Of a DNA stretch of 64,000 bases, positions 46,983 to 57,477 are shown in pieces. How positions within the stretch are numbered: the stretch's first letter is position 1; every line of letters begins with the position of its first letter. This DNA comes from an uncultured Armatimonadia bacterium (GTDB lineage Bacteria; Armatimonadota; Zipacnadia; CAVVLO01): the NCBI GenBank assembly GCA_963749155.1, contig CAVVLO010000002.1, positions 1,152,001 through 1,216,000 of the forward strand, read 5' to 3'. The translations under genes and the position numbers were made by a program. A model generated the notes under the pieces. That model made no database searches. It saw only the letters and a list, made by a program, of their open reading frames with translations, and had not been told where the DNA came from.

Positions 46983-47720
46983 TTGAACCTGTCGGCCTTG
47001 CCAAAGCAACTTGGCCGTCTTCTTGCTCCGACAATCTGCGTGGCCTGTGGCGATGTGACTCCAGGTACGCAGCTCTGTTCCGACTGCGACAGTCAACTCA
47101 GGCGGATCCAGGCTCCTTTTTGCCAGTGTTGTGGCTTGCCTCTGCCTGATGCTCCTGACCCCCAGGCTTTATGCTCCACTTGTCGTAAACGACTTCCAAA
47201 GCTCGAACGTGCCCGGAGTGTCGTCTTCTATACCGATTTTGCTTCTCGACTAATCCATGAACTTAAGTTTGGAAGGAAAGCCTATGTCGCCCGGGCACTA
47301 GCTGAGGGTAGCAGAGCTTTATTCGAAGCCGAACTTGCGGAGCTCGAAGCCTTGCCCGAACCTGTTCTTGTGGTGCCTTTACCGTTGCATTGGCGACGTT
47401 TCTGGCATAGAGGTTTCAATCAGGCGGGATTACTTGCGCGTTATGCCTTACCCAAACACAAGCAGCTTCTTCAGTGTCGGGCTCTGGTTCGATTCCGGCC
47501 TACCACAGCGCTTGCGCAATTGCCCGCTTCAGAGCGTCCCAAGGCGATATCTGGCGCCTTCCGCGCCAGGCCTCAGTTGGTAAAAGGCGCCTCCGTTCTG
47601 CTGATAGATGATCTTATGACGACAGGTTCTACTTTGAACGAAGCTGCCAAGGCCTTACTCAAGGCCGGCGCGGTGCGCGTGCGCGCTTGCACTTTTGCGC
47701 GCACTCCACTCCACTACTAA
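46983..47720 (+). CDS. comF: ComF-family protein (zinc ribbon plus PRTase domain)
   Basis: Four CxxC motifs, RGFNQA and LIDDLMTTGST. Confidence 0.9.
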   Translation: MNLSALPKQLGRLLAPTICVACGDVTPGTQLCSDCDSQLRRIQAPFCQCCGLPLPDAPDPQALCSTCRKRLPKLERARSVVFYTDFASRLIHELKFGRKAYVARALAEGSRALFEAELAELEALPEPVLVVPLPLHWRRFWHRGFNQAGLLARYALPKHKQLLQCRALVRFRPTTALAQLPASERPKAISGAFRARPQLVKGASVLLIDDLMTTGSTLNEAAKALLKAGAVRVRACTFARTPLHY

Positions 47721-49165
47721 TCCATATCCCAGGTCAGTCGCAGATTGCGCGCAGCGCCAAGCTCATCCAGGGCGCTTACCACCATATTGTGAGGGGCGCT
47801 CTTTATAACTTCCGGACTGTGTTCTGCTTCATCAAGCAATTCGCCTACTAGCTTGGCAAAGAAGTCCAGCAATTCGAGTCGCTCGGTCTCAGTTGGCTCA
47901 AACATCAACGCCTCATGCACCAGTGTTGGAAAATACACTGTCGGCGCATGAAATCCATAATCAAGCAACCGCTTTCCGAACTCCTTGGCTCCGACACCAC
48001 TTTGATGCTTAAGCTCTTCAGCACTGGCAACAAATTCATGCATACAGAGTGGGCCGTAAGGCACTGGTAGTCTTGGCTCGAGTAGCTTCTTCAGATAGTT
48101 GGCATTGAGCACAGCCTGCTCACTTGCCGCCTTCAATCCTGAACCGCCTACTGCCCTGATATAGGCCAGGGCCCTTACCAGCACCAGGAAGTTTCCCCAG
48201 AAGGCTTGCACCTTGCCAACAGAGCAGCCATCACCCCAGTCAAGTGAATACGTTCCCTCTCGCACTGCTAGCCTGGGGGTGGGCAAGAATCGTTCCAAAG
48301 CTTCGGTTACCCCGACAGGTCCGCTGCCGGGCCCCCCGCCCCCGTGAGGGGTGGCGAAGGTCTTGTGCAAATTGACGTGGCAGATATCGAAACCCATATC
48401 TCCCGGGCGCGCATATCCCATCACCGCATTCAGGTTGGCGCCATCATAATAAGCCAGCCCTCCAGCTTCATGCACCAACTTTGTTATCTGTAAAATATCA
48501 GGCTCAAACAATCCCAGCGTGTTGGGATTTGTCAGCATGATACCTGCGGTCTGTGATCCCAAAGCTGCTTCAAGCGCCGCCAAGTCTACTCGCCCATCCG
48601 GCGCCGACTTTATTGCTTTGATAGTGAAACCTGCCAGCGTGGAACTGGCCGGATTTGTACCATGGGCGGTGTCCGGAACCAGTATCTCAGTCCTTTCTTT
48701 TGCTCCCTGGTCCTGATGAAAGGCGCGCATAATCCAAAGCCCAGTGGCCTCTCCATGCGCTCCCGCACAAGGCTGCAGGCTGAAAGCGCCAAGCCCGGTA
48801 ACCTCGGCCAGTGCCTCCTGCAATTCGACCATCAGTGCCAGTGCGCCTTGTGCAGAGGCCTCGGGCGTTAAGGGATGCAAGTTGGTAAATCCTGGCAACC
48901 GTCCAAGCCGCTCGCAACTCTTCGGGTTATACTTCATCGTGCAAGAACCAAGCGGGTAGAAACCACTATCCAGGCCAAAGTTGCGATGCGACAGGGCAGT
49001 ATAATGCCGTGTCAAAGTAGGTTCTGAGACATCAGGCAGGGGGAGGCTTTCTCTAACCAGTTCCTCTGGAAGGTCCATCTCACTGACGTCTCTGCTCGCA
49101 CTGCCATCTTCGCCTTCAGCAAGTTCGAACAGCGACCGCGCAAAGTATTCCTCGCCTTTAAGCAT
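47717..49165 (-). CDS. gcvPB: Glycine dehydrogenase subunit 2
   Basis: PLGSCTMKYNP and NLHKTFATPHGGGGPG. Confidence 0.96.
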   Translation of the reverse strand: MLKGEEYFARSLFELAEGEDGSASRDVSEMDLPEELVRESLPLPDVSEPTLTRHYTALSHRNFGLDSGFYPLGSCTMKYNPKSCERLGRLPGFTNLHPLTPEASAQGALALMVELQEALAEVTGLGAFSLQPCAGAHGEATGLWIMRAFHQDQGAKERTEILVPDTAHGTNPASSTLAGFTIKAIKSAPDGRVDLAALEAALGSQTAGIMLTNPNTLGLFEPDILQITKLVHEAGGLAYYDGANLNAVMGYARPGDMGFDICHVNLHKTFATPHGGGGPGSGPVGVTEALERFLPTPRLAVREGTYSLDWGDGCSVGKVQAFWGNFLVLVRALAYIRAVGGSGLKAASEQAVLNANYLKKLLEPRLPVPYGPLCMHEFVASAEELKHQSGVGAKEFGKRLLDYGFHAPTVYFPTLVHEALMFEPTETERLELLDFFAKLVGELLDEAEHSPEVIKSAPHNMVVSALDELGAARNLRLTWDMD

Positions 49166-50504
49166 CAGCCAACACCTCCCGCGCGGACTGGATATAGTGC
49201 TCCAGGTCTATTGCCCCTCGTTTCTCGGTCACCGCAACCAGCAACCAGTCTTCAGGATAAGCACCTACAGCCGAAGGCGCCACTCCTGCCAGTATCCCTC
49301 GTTCAGTCATCCTGTCGATGAAAGTAGCAGCTTTTATTGGCAAAGACACAAGAAATTCTGCAAAGAAAGGCCCCGATAAAACCTTCTTGATACCTGGTAT
49401 CGTCTCGAGTTGTGTCTCCAGTTGATGAGCGCGTTCATAACTCTCTCTGGCAACTTGCCTAAGTCCTGTGCTTCCAACGGCTGCCAGGTAAAGCCCGGCC
49501 TGCAAAGCGCACAAGGCCTGGTTGGTGCAGATGTTACTTGTAGCTTTCTCCCGGCGGATATGCTGTTCACGAGTCTGCAGTGTCAGACAATATGCAGTTC
49601 GACCTTCTGCATCGACTGTGCGCCCCACCACTCGTCCTGGCATCTGGCGGACATGCTCTTTCCTGCAAGTGAACAGCCCCAGGTAAGGTCCTCCAAAACC
49701 GAGTGGTAAACCAAGTGACTGCCCCTCGCCTACTGCAATGTCGAAACCAAAATCGCCAGGTGGCTTGAGCCTGGCCAGGCTTACAGGCTCGAAAACACAG
49801 ATGGCGAGTGCGCCTGTCTTATGGGCCGCCTCCACCAGCGCAGTTGGATCTTCAATCACGCCAAAAAAGTTTGGAGACTGGACCACTACTGCCGCTGCGC
49901 CTTCAAGCAGTTGTTCTTCAGGGGCTACCAGTCGGCCCCTCTCATCCCAGGGGAGGCTTACCAGTTCAGCGTCCAATCCAGCCAGATAGGTCCCAGCAAC
50001 TTGTCGCCAGAGAGGATGGAGCGAGGCTGGCAGGACGAACTTTCGTCTTCCAGTGACACTGTGAGCCATTAAGAGCGCCTCGGCGAGGGCACTTGCGCCA
50101 TCGTAAAGTGAGGAATTGGCAATCTCCATACCAGTGAGCCGTGCGAGCAGGCTCTGATATTCAAACAAGGCCTGAAGAAAACCTTGCGAAGCCTCAGCCT
50201 GGTACTGAGTGTAGGAGGTGTAGAACTCACTGCGCGAAGCCAGTTCGCTGACAACGCTAGGTATAAAGCGGTCATAGGCGCCTGCGCCAGCAAAGCAACT
50301 AAGCTCTGAGCCCTTGTTTCTAGCGGCTAACTGTTCAAATTGAAGTACAAGCTCCTGCTCAGAGAGGGGTGAGGGCAAATTGAGAGAGCGATCCAGACGG
50401 GCTTCTGTTGGTATCTGACGTTCGAATAGTTCTTCCACCGAAGCTAGCCCGAGCGCCTCGAGTTGCGCCTTGGCCGCCCGCGGCCCCACCGGCCTAAAGT
50501 CCAT
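49158..50504 (-). CDS. gcvPA: Glycine dehydrogenase subunit 1
   Basis: YTQYQAEASQG and LQTREQHIRREKATSNICTNQ. Confidence 0.96.
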   Translation of the reverse strand: MDFRPVGPRAAKAQLEALGLASVEELFERQIPTEARLDRSLNLPSPLSEQELVLQFEQLAARNKGSELSCFAGAGAYDRFIPSVVSELASRSEFYTSYTQYQAEASQGFLQALFEYQSLLARLTGMEIANSSLYDGASALAEALLMAHSVTGRRKFVLPASLHPLWRQVAGTYLAGLDAELVSLPWDERGRLVAPEEQLLEGAAAVVVQSPNFFGVIEDPTALVEAAHKTGALAICVFEPVSLARLKPPGDFGFDIAVGEGQSLGLPLGFGGPYLGLFTCRKEHVRQMPGRVVGRTVDAEGRTAYCLTLQTREQHIRREKATSNICTNQALCALQAGLYLAAVGSTGLRQVARESYERAHQLETQLETIPGIKKVLSGPFFAEFLVSLPIKAATFIDRMTERGILAGVAPSAVGAYPEDWLLVAVTEKRGAIDLEHYIQSAREVLADA

Positions 50505-50507
50505 CTG

Positions 50508-50897
50508 CTAACTCCCCTCTTGGGCGAGTAACTCCCGATAATCAGCTGGGCTGAGCAGGTCTTCCAGTTCAAGCTCATCAGCCAGTTCGATCTGGATCAT
50601 CCAGCCTTCTCCAAATGGTTCCTGATTCACCAGGTCAGGGCTATTGTCGAGTGCGCCATTGACTGCGATGACGATACCTGACAAAGGAGAGTTGATATCT
50701 TCGACTGACTTGACCGATTCAATCTCGCCAAAAGGCTCGCCAGCAGTTATGGATTGTCCAACTTTAGGCAAGGACACTAGCACAATGTCAGCCAATTGGT
50801 CAGCCGCAAAAGCAGTTATCCCAATTCTTGCCTGGCTTCCTTCAACAGCCACCCACTCATGGGTTGAAGTAAATAGCAGCTGCTCGGGGATTTTCAT
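50508..50897 (-). CDS. gcvH: Glycine cleavage H protein
   Basis: HEW and the lipoyl-lysine motif IESVKSV. Confidence 0.96.
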   Translation of the reverse strand: MKIPEQLLFTSTHEWVAVEGSQARIGITAFAADQLADIVLVSLPKVGQSITAGEPFGEIESVKSVEDINSPLSGIVIAVNGALDNSPDLVNQEPFGEGWMIQIELADELELEDLLSPADYRELLAQEGS

Positions 50898-50912
50898 TTT
50901 GTCCCTCCTGAA

Positions 50913-51998
50913 CTAGTCCGGTGGTTTATGAAGTGGGAAGCCAGTTACCAACGCGGCTTCCGGATTATCTTTCACCCAGAACTCAATCTTCATTCCAACA
51001 GCAGCAGCCTCAGGCCGCAGATACCCTTGAGCAATCGGCCGCTCCATTATTGGTGAGAAAGCCCCGCTTGTGACATAGCCTACTGGAAGCCCCCCCAGCG
51101 ATAACTCAGCTCCTTGCCTTGGTACTCGCCGGCCTAGGCCAATCAAGCCTCTGCGCAGATATCGAGGGCCTTCTTCAAGTCGCTTGGCGATGGCTTCTCC
51201 ACCAATCACGCCGCCTGGCTTGTCGAGTTTTACAAACCGCATCAGGTCGGCCTCTACTGGTGTCAGCTCGGTCGTCAGTTCATGCCCATACAAGGGCAGC
51301 CCAGCTTCAAGTCGAAGCGAATCACGTGCTCCTAGTCCGCACAGCGCAAGGCCCTGCTGTTCTCCTGCCGCTAGGAGCAAGTCAAACAACTCGCCAATCA
51401 GGTCGGTTGGCACAAGGAGTTCGAATCCATCCTCTCCCGTGTAGCCTGACCGCGAGATGAGCGTGGCTATACCCCCCAGTTGCCCAAGTCCGAAATGGAA
51501 ACGATTCAATGTTGTCAGGTCTCGATCGCATAACGGCGCCAGAATCGCCTCTGCTGCTGGCCCCTGCAGAGCAAGCATCGCCAGCTCTTCGCTCATATCG
51601 CGCACTGTCACTCCTGCTGGTGCGTGGTCGGTTAGCCACTCGAGGTCGCCCTTGGCGTTTATTGCGTTTACAACTAGCAGGAAATGGTCCGGCCGAAAAT
51701 GATACGACAGCAGGTCTTCGATGATACCGCCTTGTTCGTTGCACATCAGACTGTATCGGACAACTGGCTTATCGGGACTGATATTATTGGTTAACAGCCT
51801 TTGCAGCATCTCGGCTGCGCCCTCACCAGTGACTTCATACCGGCCCATATGGGTAACATCAAAAAGTCCAGCCCGTTCGCGTACCGCTTTGTGTTCAGCC
51901 AGCACCCCTTCATAGAAAATGGGCATCCGGTATCCGGCAAATGGCTGGAGTTTCGCGCCAAGCGCTTCGTGTTCGGCTTCAAGCGGCAGACTTTTCAT
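50913..51998 (-). CDS. gcvT: Aminomethyltransferase (glycine cleavage T protein)
   Basis: FDVTHMG, GYTGEDGFE and GLGARDSLRLEAG. Confidence 0.96.
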   Translation of the reverse strand: MKSLPLEAEHEALGAKLQPFAGYRMPIFYEGVLAEHKAVRERAGLFDVTHMGRYEVTGEGAAEMLQRLLTNNISPDKPVVRYSLMCNEQGGIIEDLLSYHFRPDHFLLVVNAINAKGDLEWLTDHAPAGVTVRDMSEELAMLALQGPAAEAILAPLCDRDLTTLNRFHFGLGQLGGIATLISRSGYTGEDGFELLVPTDLIGELFDLLLAAGEQQGLALCGLGARDSLRLEAGLPLYGHELTTELTPVEADLMRFVKLDKPGGVIGGEAIAKRLEEGPRYLRRGLIGLGRRVPRQGAELSLGGLPVGYVTSGAFSPIMERPIAQGYLRPEAAAVGMKIEFWVKDNPEAALVTGFPLHKPPD

Positions 51999-52146
51999 TG
52001 GCCACCCTGGTTCTTGCGAAGTATTATAGGGGACTAACCTGAGTCAGTACCTCTTACTTCGTGGTCAGCCAGGTTCCTCCTTCCCAGGCAGGTATCTGTC
52101 ATCTTTCAGCCAAACTGAGTGCAGTCTTTTACCGGAAGGTGCCTCT

Positions 52147-54046
52147 ATGAAATTACTACTGATAACTACCTTCATGTCGCTGGCTTGGCTTGCCGGTGCC
52201 GATATTGAGAAGACTTCCTTCGGATTGTGCAATCCCTGGACAGGCGTCGACCAGCTTGGTGTTGGTTTCATCCGGTGTGGCGCTGGCAGCGACGACTTTG
52301 GGCTGGCCTGAACTCCAGCCTGAGCCTGGCGCGTACCTGTTTGAGAAAGGCCAGCGCGAACTCGAATGGATTCAGTCTCTTGGTGCTGAACCACTGGTGA
52401 TTCTGGGCTACACTCCTGCCTGGCAAGCGAGCGATCCAGCCTTGCCCCCTCGCGACCTGATGAGTTTGGCTACCTTCACTCGCGATCTGGTAGCCCACTT
52501 CAAAAACGACATCCACTGGTGGGAAGTCTGGAACGAACCCAACATTGAGTTCTTCCAAGGCAGCAAGTTGGATTATATAGAGTTGTACAAAGTGGCTGCT
52601 AGCGCCGCAAAAACTGGCGATCCTGAAGCCAAAGTTGTGCTCGGTGGTCTGGCAGGGCCCGATGTGCCCTTTCTCAACTTCTGCTACCAATATGGCCTTG
52701 CCGCCTGGTGTGATGCCGTAAACTTCCACCCCTATCAATGGGATCCAACCCTCAATGATGGTTGGATGCTGGATATGGTCACGAGTATGCGGCGCTGTAT
52801 GCTCGAACAGGATCACGAGGTTCCCCTTTGGGTAACCGAGTTCGGCTGGAGCACGGGAGATACTCGTATCACCGAGCAGCTCCAGGCGCGCCTTCTCGTT
52901 CAGACCTATGTTACTTTGCTTGCTCACACCAAGCCTTACAACCTGGGCCCGCTCTTCTGGTTTACCTCGCGAGACTGGGGTGGTCCAAATTACGGCCTGA
53001 TTGCAACCGACGATCGCCAGAAACCCGCTTTTCACGCGTACGCTCAGCTAACCAGTAGGCTAGCAGGCGCCCAATATGTAGGGAAACTGACACTTACCGA
53101 GCCTGTCCGAGGCTATCTCTTCAAATCCGATGATGTTTACACTGTAGTACTCTGGACTGCCGATGGCTCTGAACAGCAAGTCTCTCTGGAAGTGACTCCC
53201 TCTACTCTTACACCGCTGCTTGGCGAGGCTGCACCCAACACAGCAGCAACTATTACAGTGATCGGAGACCCTCTTTACGCCACTCTCACTAGCCCGGTGC
53301 CAGCAGTCTTGCCAGAGCCACTGGCGATACAACCAGTTAGGAAGCAAACCAAAGGCTTGACAAGTGTATGGGCCCATCCTCTGGCCGAGTCAGGCAGCGA
53401 GACTTTCTGGTTCCGCCCAGGCGTTACAAAACCACTGCGCCTGCGTGTCTATAACTTCGAGTCCACATCACAACAGGTTGCTCTTCAATTGGACATACCA
53501 GGGGCAAAACCAGTCAGTTGTGACACCTTGGTGCCTTCCTGGCAGGTGACAGAAGTCTCCTTGCCTGTTCTTTTGCCTGCTGACACCCCACCTGGTTCTA
53601 TGGAACTGAGGTTAACCGGAGACTGCCAGGCAGGTGAATTACTCCCCCTCGTAATACCCTGTTTCGTAAACGAAGGGCAGGTTATTGCTTTTACGAATAA
53701 TAGTTATATAGAACGAGGCTATCTTGATTCCGATGGCAACGACAGTGGTTGTGCTGCGTCAGTCAGGTTCGGTAGTGGCTGGCAATATGAGTTCGATCTA
53801 TCAAAAGCTGTCACTGCCCGCGCCGTTCTGGATGTAGGTGCACATATGGCTAATCACTGGGAAGTGCAGGCCTCGGCGGATGGCGCCGAGTGGACGAAAC
53901 TAATGGAGGGCGATTCCTGGCGTTCCAGGCATGAAGTGGATCTCTCCCGCTGGGCAGGCGGTCCACTTGTTCTGCGCATCCAGGGCCAGAACTGCCAACT
54001 TGGCTCTCTGGAGCTCTGGCTTACAAGTACTGCTGGCTTGGATTAG
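52147..54046 (+). CDS. Secreted clan GH-A glycoside hydrolase (GH39/GH5-like) with a +1 frameshift near 52288
   Basis: ATG 52147 gives a signal peptide MKLLLITTFMSLAWLAGA...GVGFIRCGAG that joins ATTLGWPELQP if one base is removed. Catalytic motifs WEVWNEPN and WVTEFGW. Confidence 0.8.
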
Positions 54047-55047
54047 GTCATACGAGCCAGCATCTCGCGTGTGACCAGTCCAATCGGCGTCTCGCCTCGC
54101 ACGAGGAAACGTTCGATATCTCGCGCAAGGAATAGTCCCATTCTTTTCACCATATCACGATCAGCGCCGCCAGCTCGATGGGGAGTAAGTACCACATTCG
54201 GCAGCTTGCGCCAGGGTGAATCGTCTGGAAGAGGCTCCTGCCAATAAACGTCCAGCGCAACCCGAATACGCCCCGTCGTCGCCGCTTCTAGCAGGGGGGC
54301 TTCTTCGATGACATGCGCCCGGGCTGTGTTCACAAGCGTTGCATTGTCCTTCATCCGCCCAATCTGTTCTGCGCTGATAAGACCACGCGTCTCCTCTGTT
54401 AACCCGCTGTGAACTGACACCACATCCGCCCGTTCAAACAACTCGTTCAAGCTAACGCGCTCCGCCTTGAACCTGGCGAGTTTTTCGTCCGATACATAGG
54501 GATCGAAAACGATATACTTCGCCCCGAAAGGTCTCAGCAACTCGGCGACTCGTGCTCCAATAAACCCGAATCCAACAAAACCTAGTGTCTTCCCGAACAG
54601 GTCGAAGCCTTCCGGTATTGTCCGGGTGGCACTTGCTCCCTGCTGCTTCATCGCCGTGTCGAGTTGCGGGATGAAGCGCAGCGCGGAGAAAAGCAATCCG
54701 ACACACAGTTCTGCGACCGAAATGGCAAGCTCGGGCGAGGCATTGGAATACAATATGCCCCTGTCCATTCCATACTCGGGTGCGATATTCTTGAGCGATT
54801 GGCCATACAGAGTGACCAGCTTCAGATTTGGCGCTGCATCATAGTTGGCAGGGGTTATCTTGCTGTCGCTCCAGCCTGTAATCACTACTGCAGCCTCTGC
54901 CATCACTTCGGACTTGGCCACTTCGTCAAGCCCTTTTTCCTGCTCATTGAAAACTACCTCGCCTGCGGATTGAAGCACTCCCAGTGCTTCTTCGGTGAAC
55001 AGGTTTGCGACCGCAGCCCGAGGCTGCCCTACGAATATCTTGGCCAT
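54043..55047 (-). CDS. D-isomer-specific 2-hydroxyacid dehydrogenase
   Basis: GFVGFGFIG, NTARA, LDVYWQEP and TPHRAG. Confidence 0.92.
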   Translation of the reverse strand: MAKIFVGQPRAAVANLFTEEALGVLQSAGEVVFNEQEKGLDEVAKSEVMAEAAVVITGWSDSKITPANYDAAPNLKLVTLYGQSLKNIAPEYGMDRGILYSNASPELAISVAELCVGLLFSALRFIPQLDTAMKQQGASATRTIPEGFDLFGKTLGFVGFGFIGARVAELLRPFGAKYIVFDPYVSDEKLARFKAERVSLNELFERADVVSVHSGLTEETRGLISAEQIGRMKDNATLVNTARAHVIEEAPLLEAATTGRIRVALDVYWQEPLPDDSPWRKLPNVVLTPHRAGGADRDMVKRMGLFLARDIERFLVRGETPIGLVTREMLARMT

Positions 55048-55098
55048 CTTGTGCTTCCCCCCTGGAACCTGCGCTAACATTATTGTATAACACAATAC

Positions 55099-56961
55099 TT
55101 ATAAGAGTCCCTGGGCTCGAATATATTCTAGCCACCACTCCAGCCGGGGCTTGATGAAGGTCTTGCTTCGTGTAGGTTTCCATACCTGGTCGAAAGTGTA
55201 AGCCTGGAAAAACTTCCTGTCCGCCATCACAGGCCAGAGGATATCCGCTAGCAGGTCGGTATCCGAAGTCTTCTGCGCCGCCGCAATCAGTTGCGAAAAA
55301 ACCTCGGTGCTCTCCTGCAGAGCCTGAATAAATCCTGTGGGGAACGGCCCTTTGAGCCCGCCAAATTGGCGCGACGCTGAGTGGATGGCAGCAGCCTTGT
55401 GTTTATGCGCCCCTTCTTCGAGGTGCCATAAGCCAGTGAGTAGTCGATCTCGATCTGCAACAAATCTGGCGCCCGGCAACACCTGTTGAGCATATTGGCG
55501 TAGTATGGAGTTCAGGTCAGGGCGCGCGCTCATCATTGACTTGATAAAGACGAAATCGGCCGCCGATTGCGTGTATGGTGTCAGACGATACCCAAGCATC
55601 CCTGCTCCGCCCTGCTCTCGTGCTTCCCCAGCAGCTTTGGTGCTTTCACGGAATTGGGTCTTGGGAAGCACATTCCACCCCTCTCGACCGTCTTCTGGGT
55701 CCAGGAAGAATCCAAAATGCAGTGGCTTCAATCCTCGCTCGAGCGCTTTATGCCAGGTAGTGGAGCCGACTGCTGGTACACTTATCAGACTGCCAGGCGC
55801 GCATTCATCCAGCATCACATCGACTACTTTTGGACTGGCCGCAAAACCTTGGTCTCCGTGAGATTGCTCCTCGACCTGCCACATTGATAGCAGCAATTCC
55901 TGCCCGGGACGTAGCAACTGCCGATACCGGCTTATGACTTTTGGCGCCGTCCGCTCGAAGGGATTACACGAGGAGCACCTGCAAAAACCTGGGTCGTGGA
56001 ACCAAAGCATATAGCCGTCTACGGCATCTGCGAAGTATTCAAAGTTGTGCTCTGCATACCGCATAAGCAGCGACTCGGCCTTGTCCCAGCAAAAGGTGAT
56101 ACCTGGATATTGGGGCCCTGGCGCTCTCCATTCGGCATGGGTATACCACAGAGGTGGAGGCGCCAGATTATAGGAATAGCCAAGTAGCACCTTCAATCCC
56201 ATCAGTCGGGCATAAGAGAGGGCATCTTTTAGTATCTCGTATCTGATGCGGTTGGTGTGGGTATCTTGTTGCCAGGGCACATAGTATTGCTGAGGCCAGA
56301 GATAGACTTTGAGCACATTGGCCCCTGCCGCTTGAAGTAGCCTTATGCACTCTTTCCACTCGTCCGGTGTGAAGGTATCTGCTGTGAGATGCCTCAGTCC
56401 ATAGGGGATAGGGTGGATATACATCCCGCGATACTCAAGCGCCTCTCGTGTATCGAAATCGAGTTGCATTTTCCACTGCTGGCCATCGTCTGTCTCACCC
56501 GAGAAACGATAACCCAGTGTTGCATAGAGATGAGTCGCCCGCAGATTGTCTTTGTAAACGCTAAGTCCAAGTCCAGGATATCCCGCGCGCTCTGCGTAAA
56601 CGCCAAGCAGCCTCATCAGCTCGCGACCAAGTTTTTGATTCTGCATCGAATCTGCAACCGCTATCCCAACGGTTGGATAGGATGGCTCTGTATCTCGATA
56701 CCTGAAAGACGCCTGCCCTACAAGAATCTCATCGGCGCCAGAGCCTTCCAGGGCGATAATTCTGAGGCTACGCGCGTGTTCATCGCGCACCATCGAACGC
56801 ACGTGGTCCAAATCAAAAGGATGAGGTGAAAACCAGGCGCTGGACTGGATTCCAAGCCCATTCAGGAAGGTATACAACTGAGGCGCGTCTGCAGGGCAAG
56901 CCTTGCGCACGCGCACCTCATGGCCTCCAGCAGTCACGAACGTCCTTGGCTCGAAATCCAA
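55099..56961 (-). CDS. GNAT acetyltransferase fused to a glycoside-hydrolase-like TIM-barrel domain
   Basis: N-terminal QNQKLG and NLRATHLYATLG; then YRGMYIH...EWKECI...GANVL and DPGFCRCSSC. Confidence 0.7.
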   Translation of the reverse strand: MDFEPRTFVTAGGHEVRVRKACPADAPQLYTFLNGLGIQSSAWFSPHPFDLDHVRSMVRDEHARSLRIIALEGSGADEILVGQASFRYRDTEPSYPTVGIAVADSMQNQKLGRELMRLLGVYAERAGYPGLGLSVYKDNLRATHLYATLGYRFSGETDDGQQWKMQLDFDTREALEYRGMYIHPIPYGLRHLTADTFTPDEWKECIRLLQAAGANVLKVYLWPQQYYVPWQQDTHTNRIRYEILKDALSYARLMGLKVLLGYSYNLAPPPLWYTHAEWRAPGPQYPGITFCWDKAESLLMRYAEHNFEYFADAVDGYMLWFHDPGFCRCSSCNPFERTAPKVISRYRQLLRPGQELLLSMWQVEEQSHGDQGFAASPKVVDVMLDECAPGSLISVPAVGSTTWHKALERGLKPLHFGFFLDPEDGREGWNVLPKTQFRESTKAAGEAREQGGAGMLGYRLTPYTQSAADFVFIKSMMSARPDLNSILRQYAQQVLPGARFVADRDRLLTGLWHLEEGAHKHKAAAIHSASRQFGGLKGPFPTGFIQALQESTEVFSQLIAAAQKTSDTDLLADILWPVMADRKFFQAYTFDQVWKPTRSKTFIKPRLEWWLEYIRAQGLL

Positions 56962-56979
56962 CCGGCAGGCCCTCCCCCT

Positions 56980-57018
56980 AAAAAACAACTGGCCAGACTG
57001 AGATTCAGCCTGACCAGT
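56980..57018 (-). terminator. Intrinsic terminator after pheA-paaK-ACT
   Basis: Minus strand actggtcaggctga-atc-tcagtctggccagt followed by tgttttt. Confidence 0.7.
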
Positions 57019-57041
57019 AGCTTTCCTGCCCGGATTATCTT

Positions 57042-57467
57042 CTAGAGGCTGTAAAGCTCCTCATCACTCAGCATCCTGACGCCCTCGGGCAATCCTATGC
57101 TCGAGACTTCCACCCCTGGAGGTACTTCGAAAATCATCAGACTCTCGTCATCTTTATTCAAAGAAATCCCCAGGGCTTCATCAACATTCACTCCATGCTC
57201 ACCTACCGAAGCGGCAAGTGGCGCCAGACCGCAGTCCTGTTTGCACGCAAGCGCCATAACCTGTTTCTTCTGCACCGTCAGATGGGCCGCGCGCAGCAGG
57301 TCGAAACTTATGTCAGGGTCTGAAGTAATCAGCTTGATAACGCCAAACTCACCCAGGCTCGAAACCCGGAAAGCCTTGATACGTATGTTCCCCTCATCCA
57401 GCAGTGACGTTACTTTCTGGATGCGTCCTGGCTTGTTCTCCACGAACACCGAGATTTCGTAAGCCAT
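57042..57467 (-). CDS. Tandem ACT-domain protein (PaaK-associated type)
   Basis: EISVFVENKPGRI N-terminus and LSDEELYSL C-terminus. Confidence 0.88.
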   Translation of the reverse strand: MAYEISVFVENKPGRIQKVTSLLDEGNIRIKAFRVSSLGEFGVIKLITSDPDISFDLLRAAHLTVQKKQVMALACKQDCGLAPLAASVGEHGVNVDEALGISLNKDDESLMIFEVPPGVEVSSIGLPEGVRMLSDEELYSL

Positions 57468-57477
57468 ATGTCCCCCC

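Noticed and set aside
51999..52146. Glycine riboswitch upstream of gcvT
   Set aside because: No GGAGA/GAAG/CTCTCAGG aptamer pattern, and a TATAAT lies about 25 bp from the start codon.
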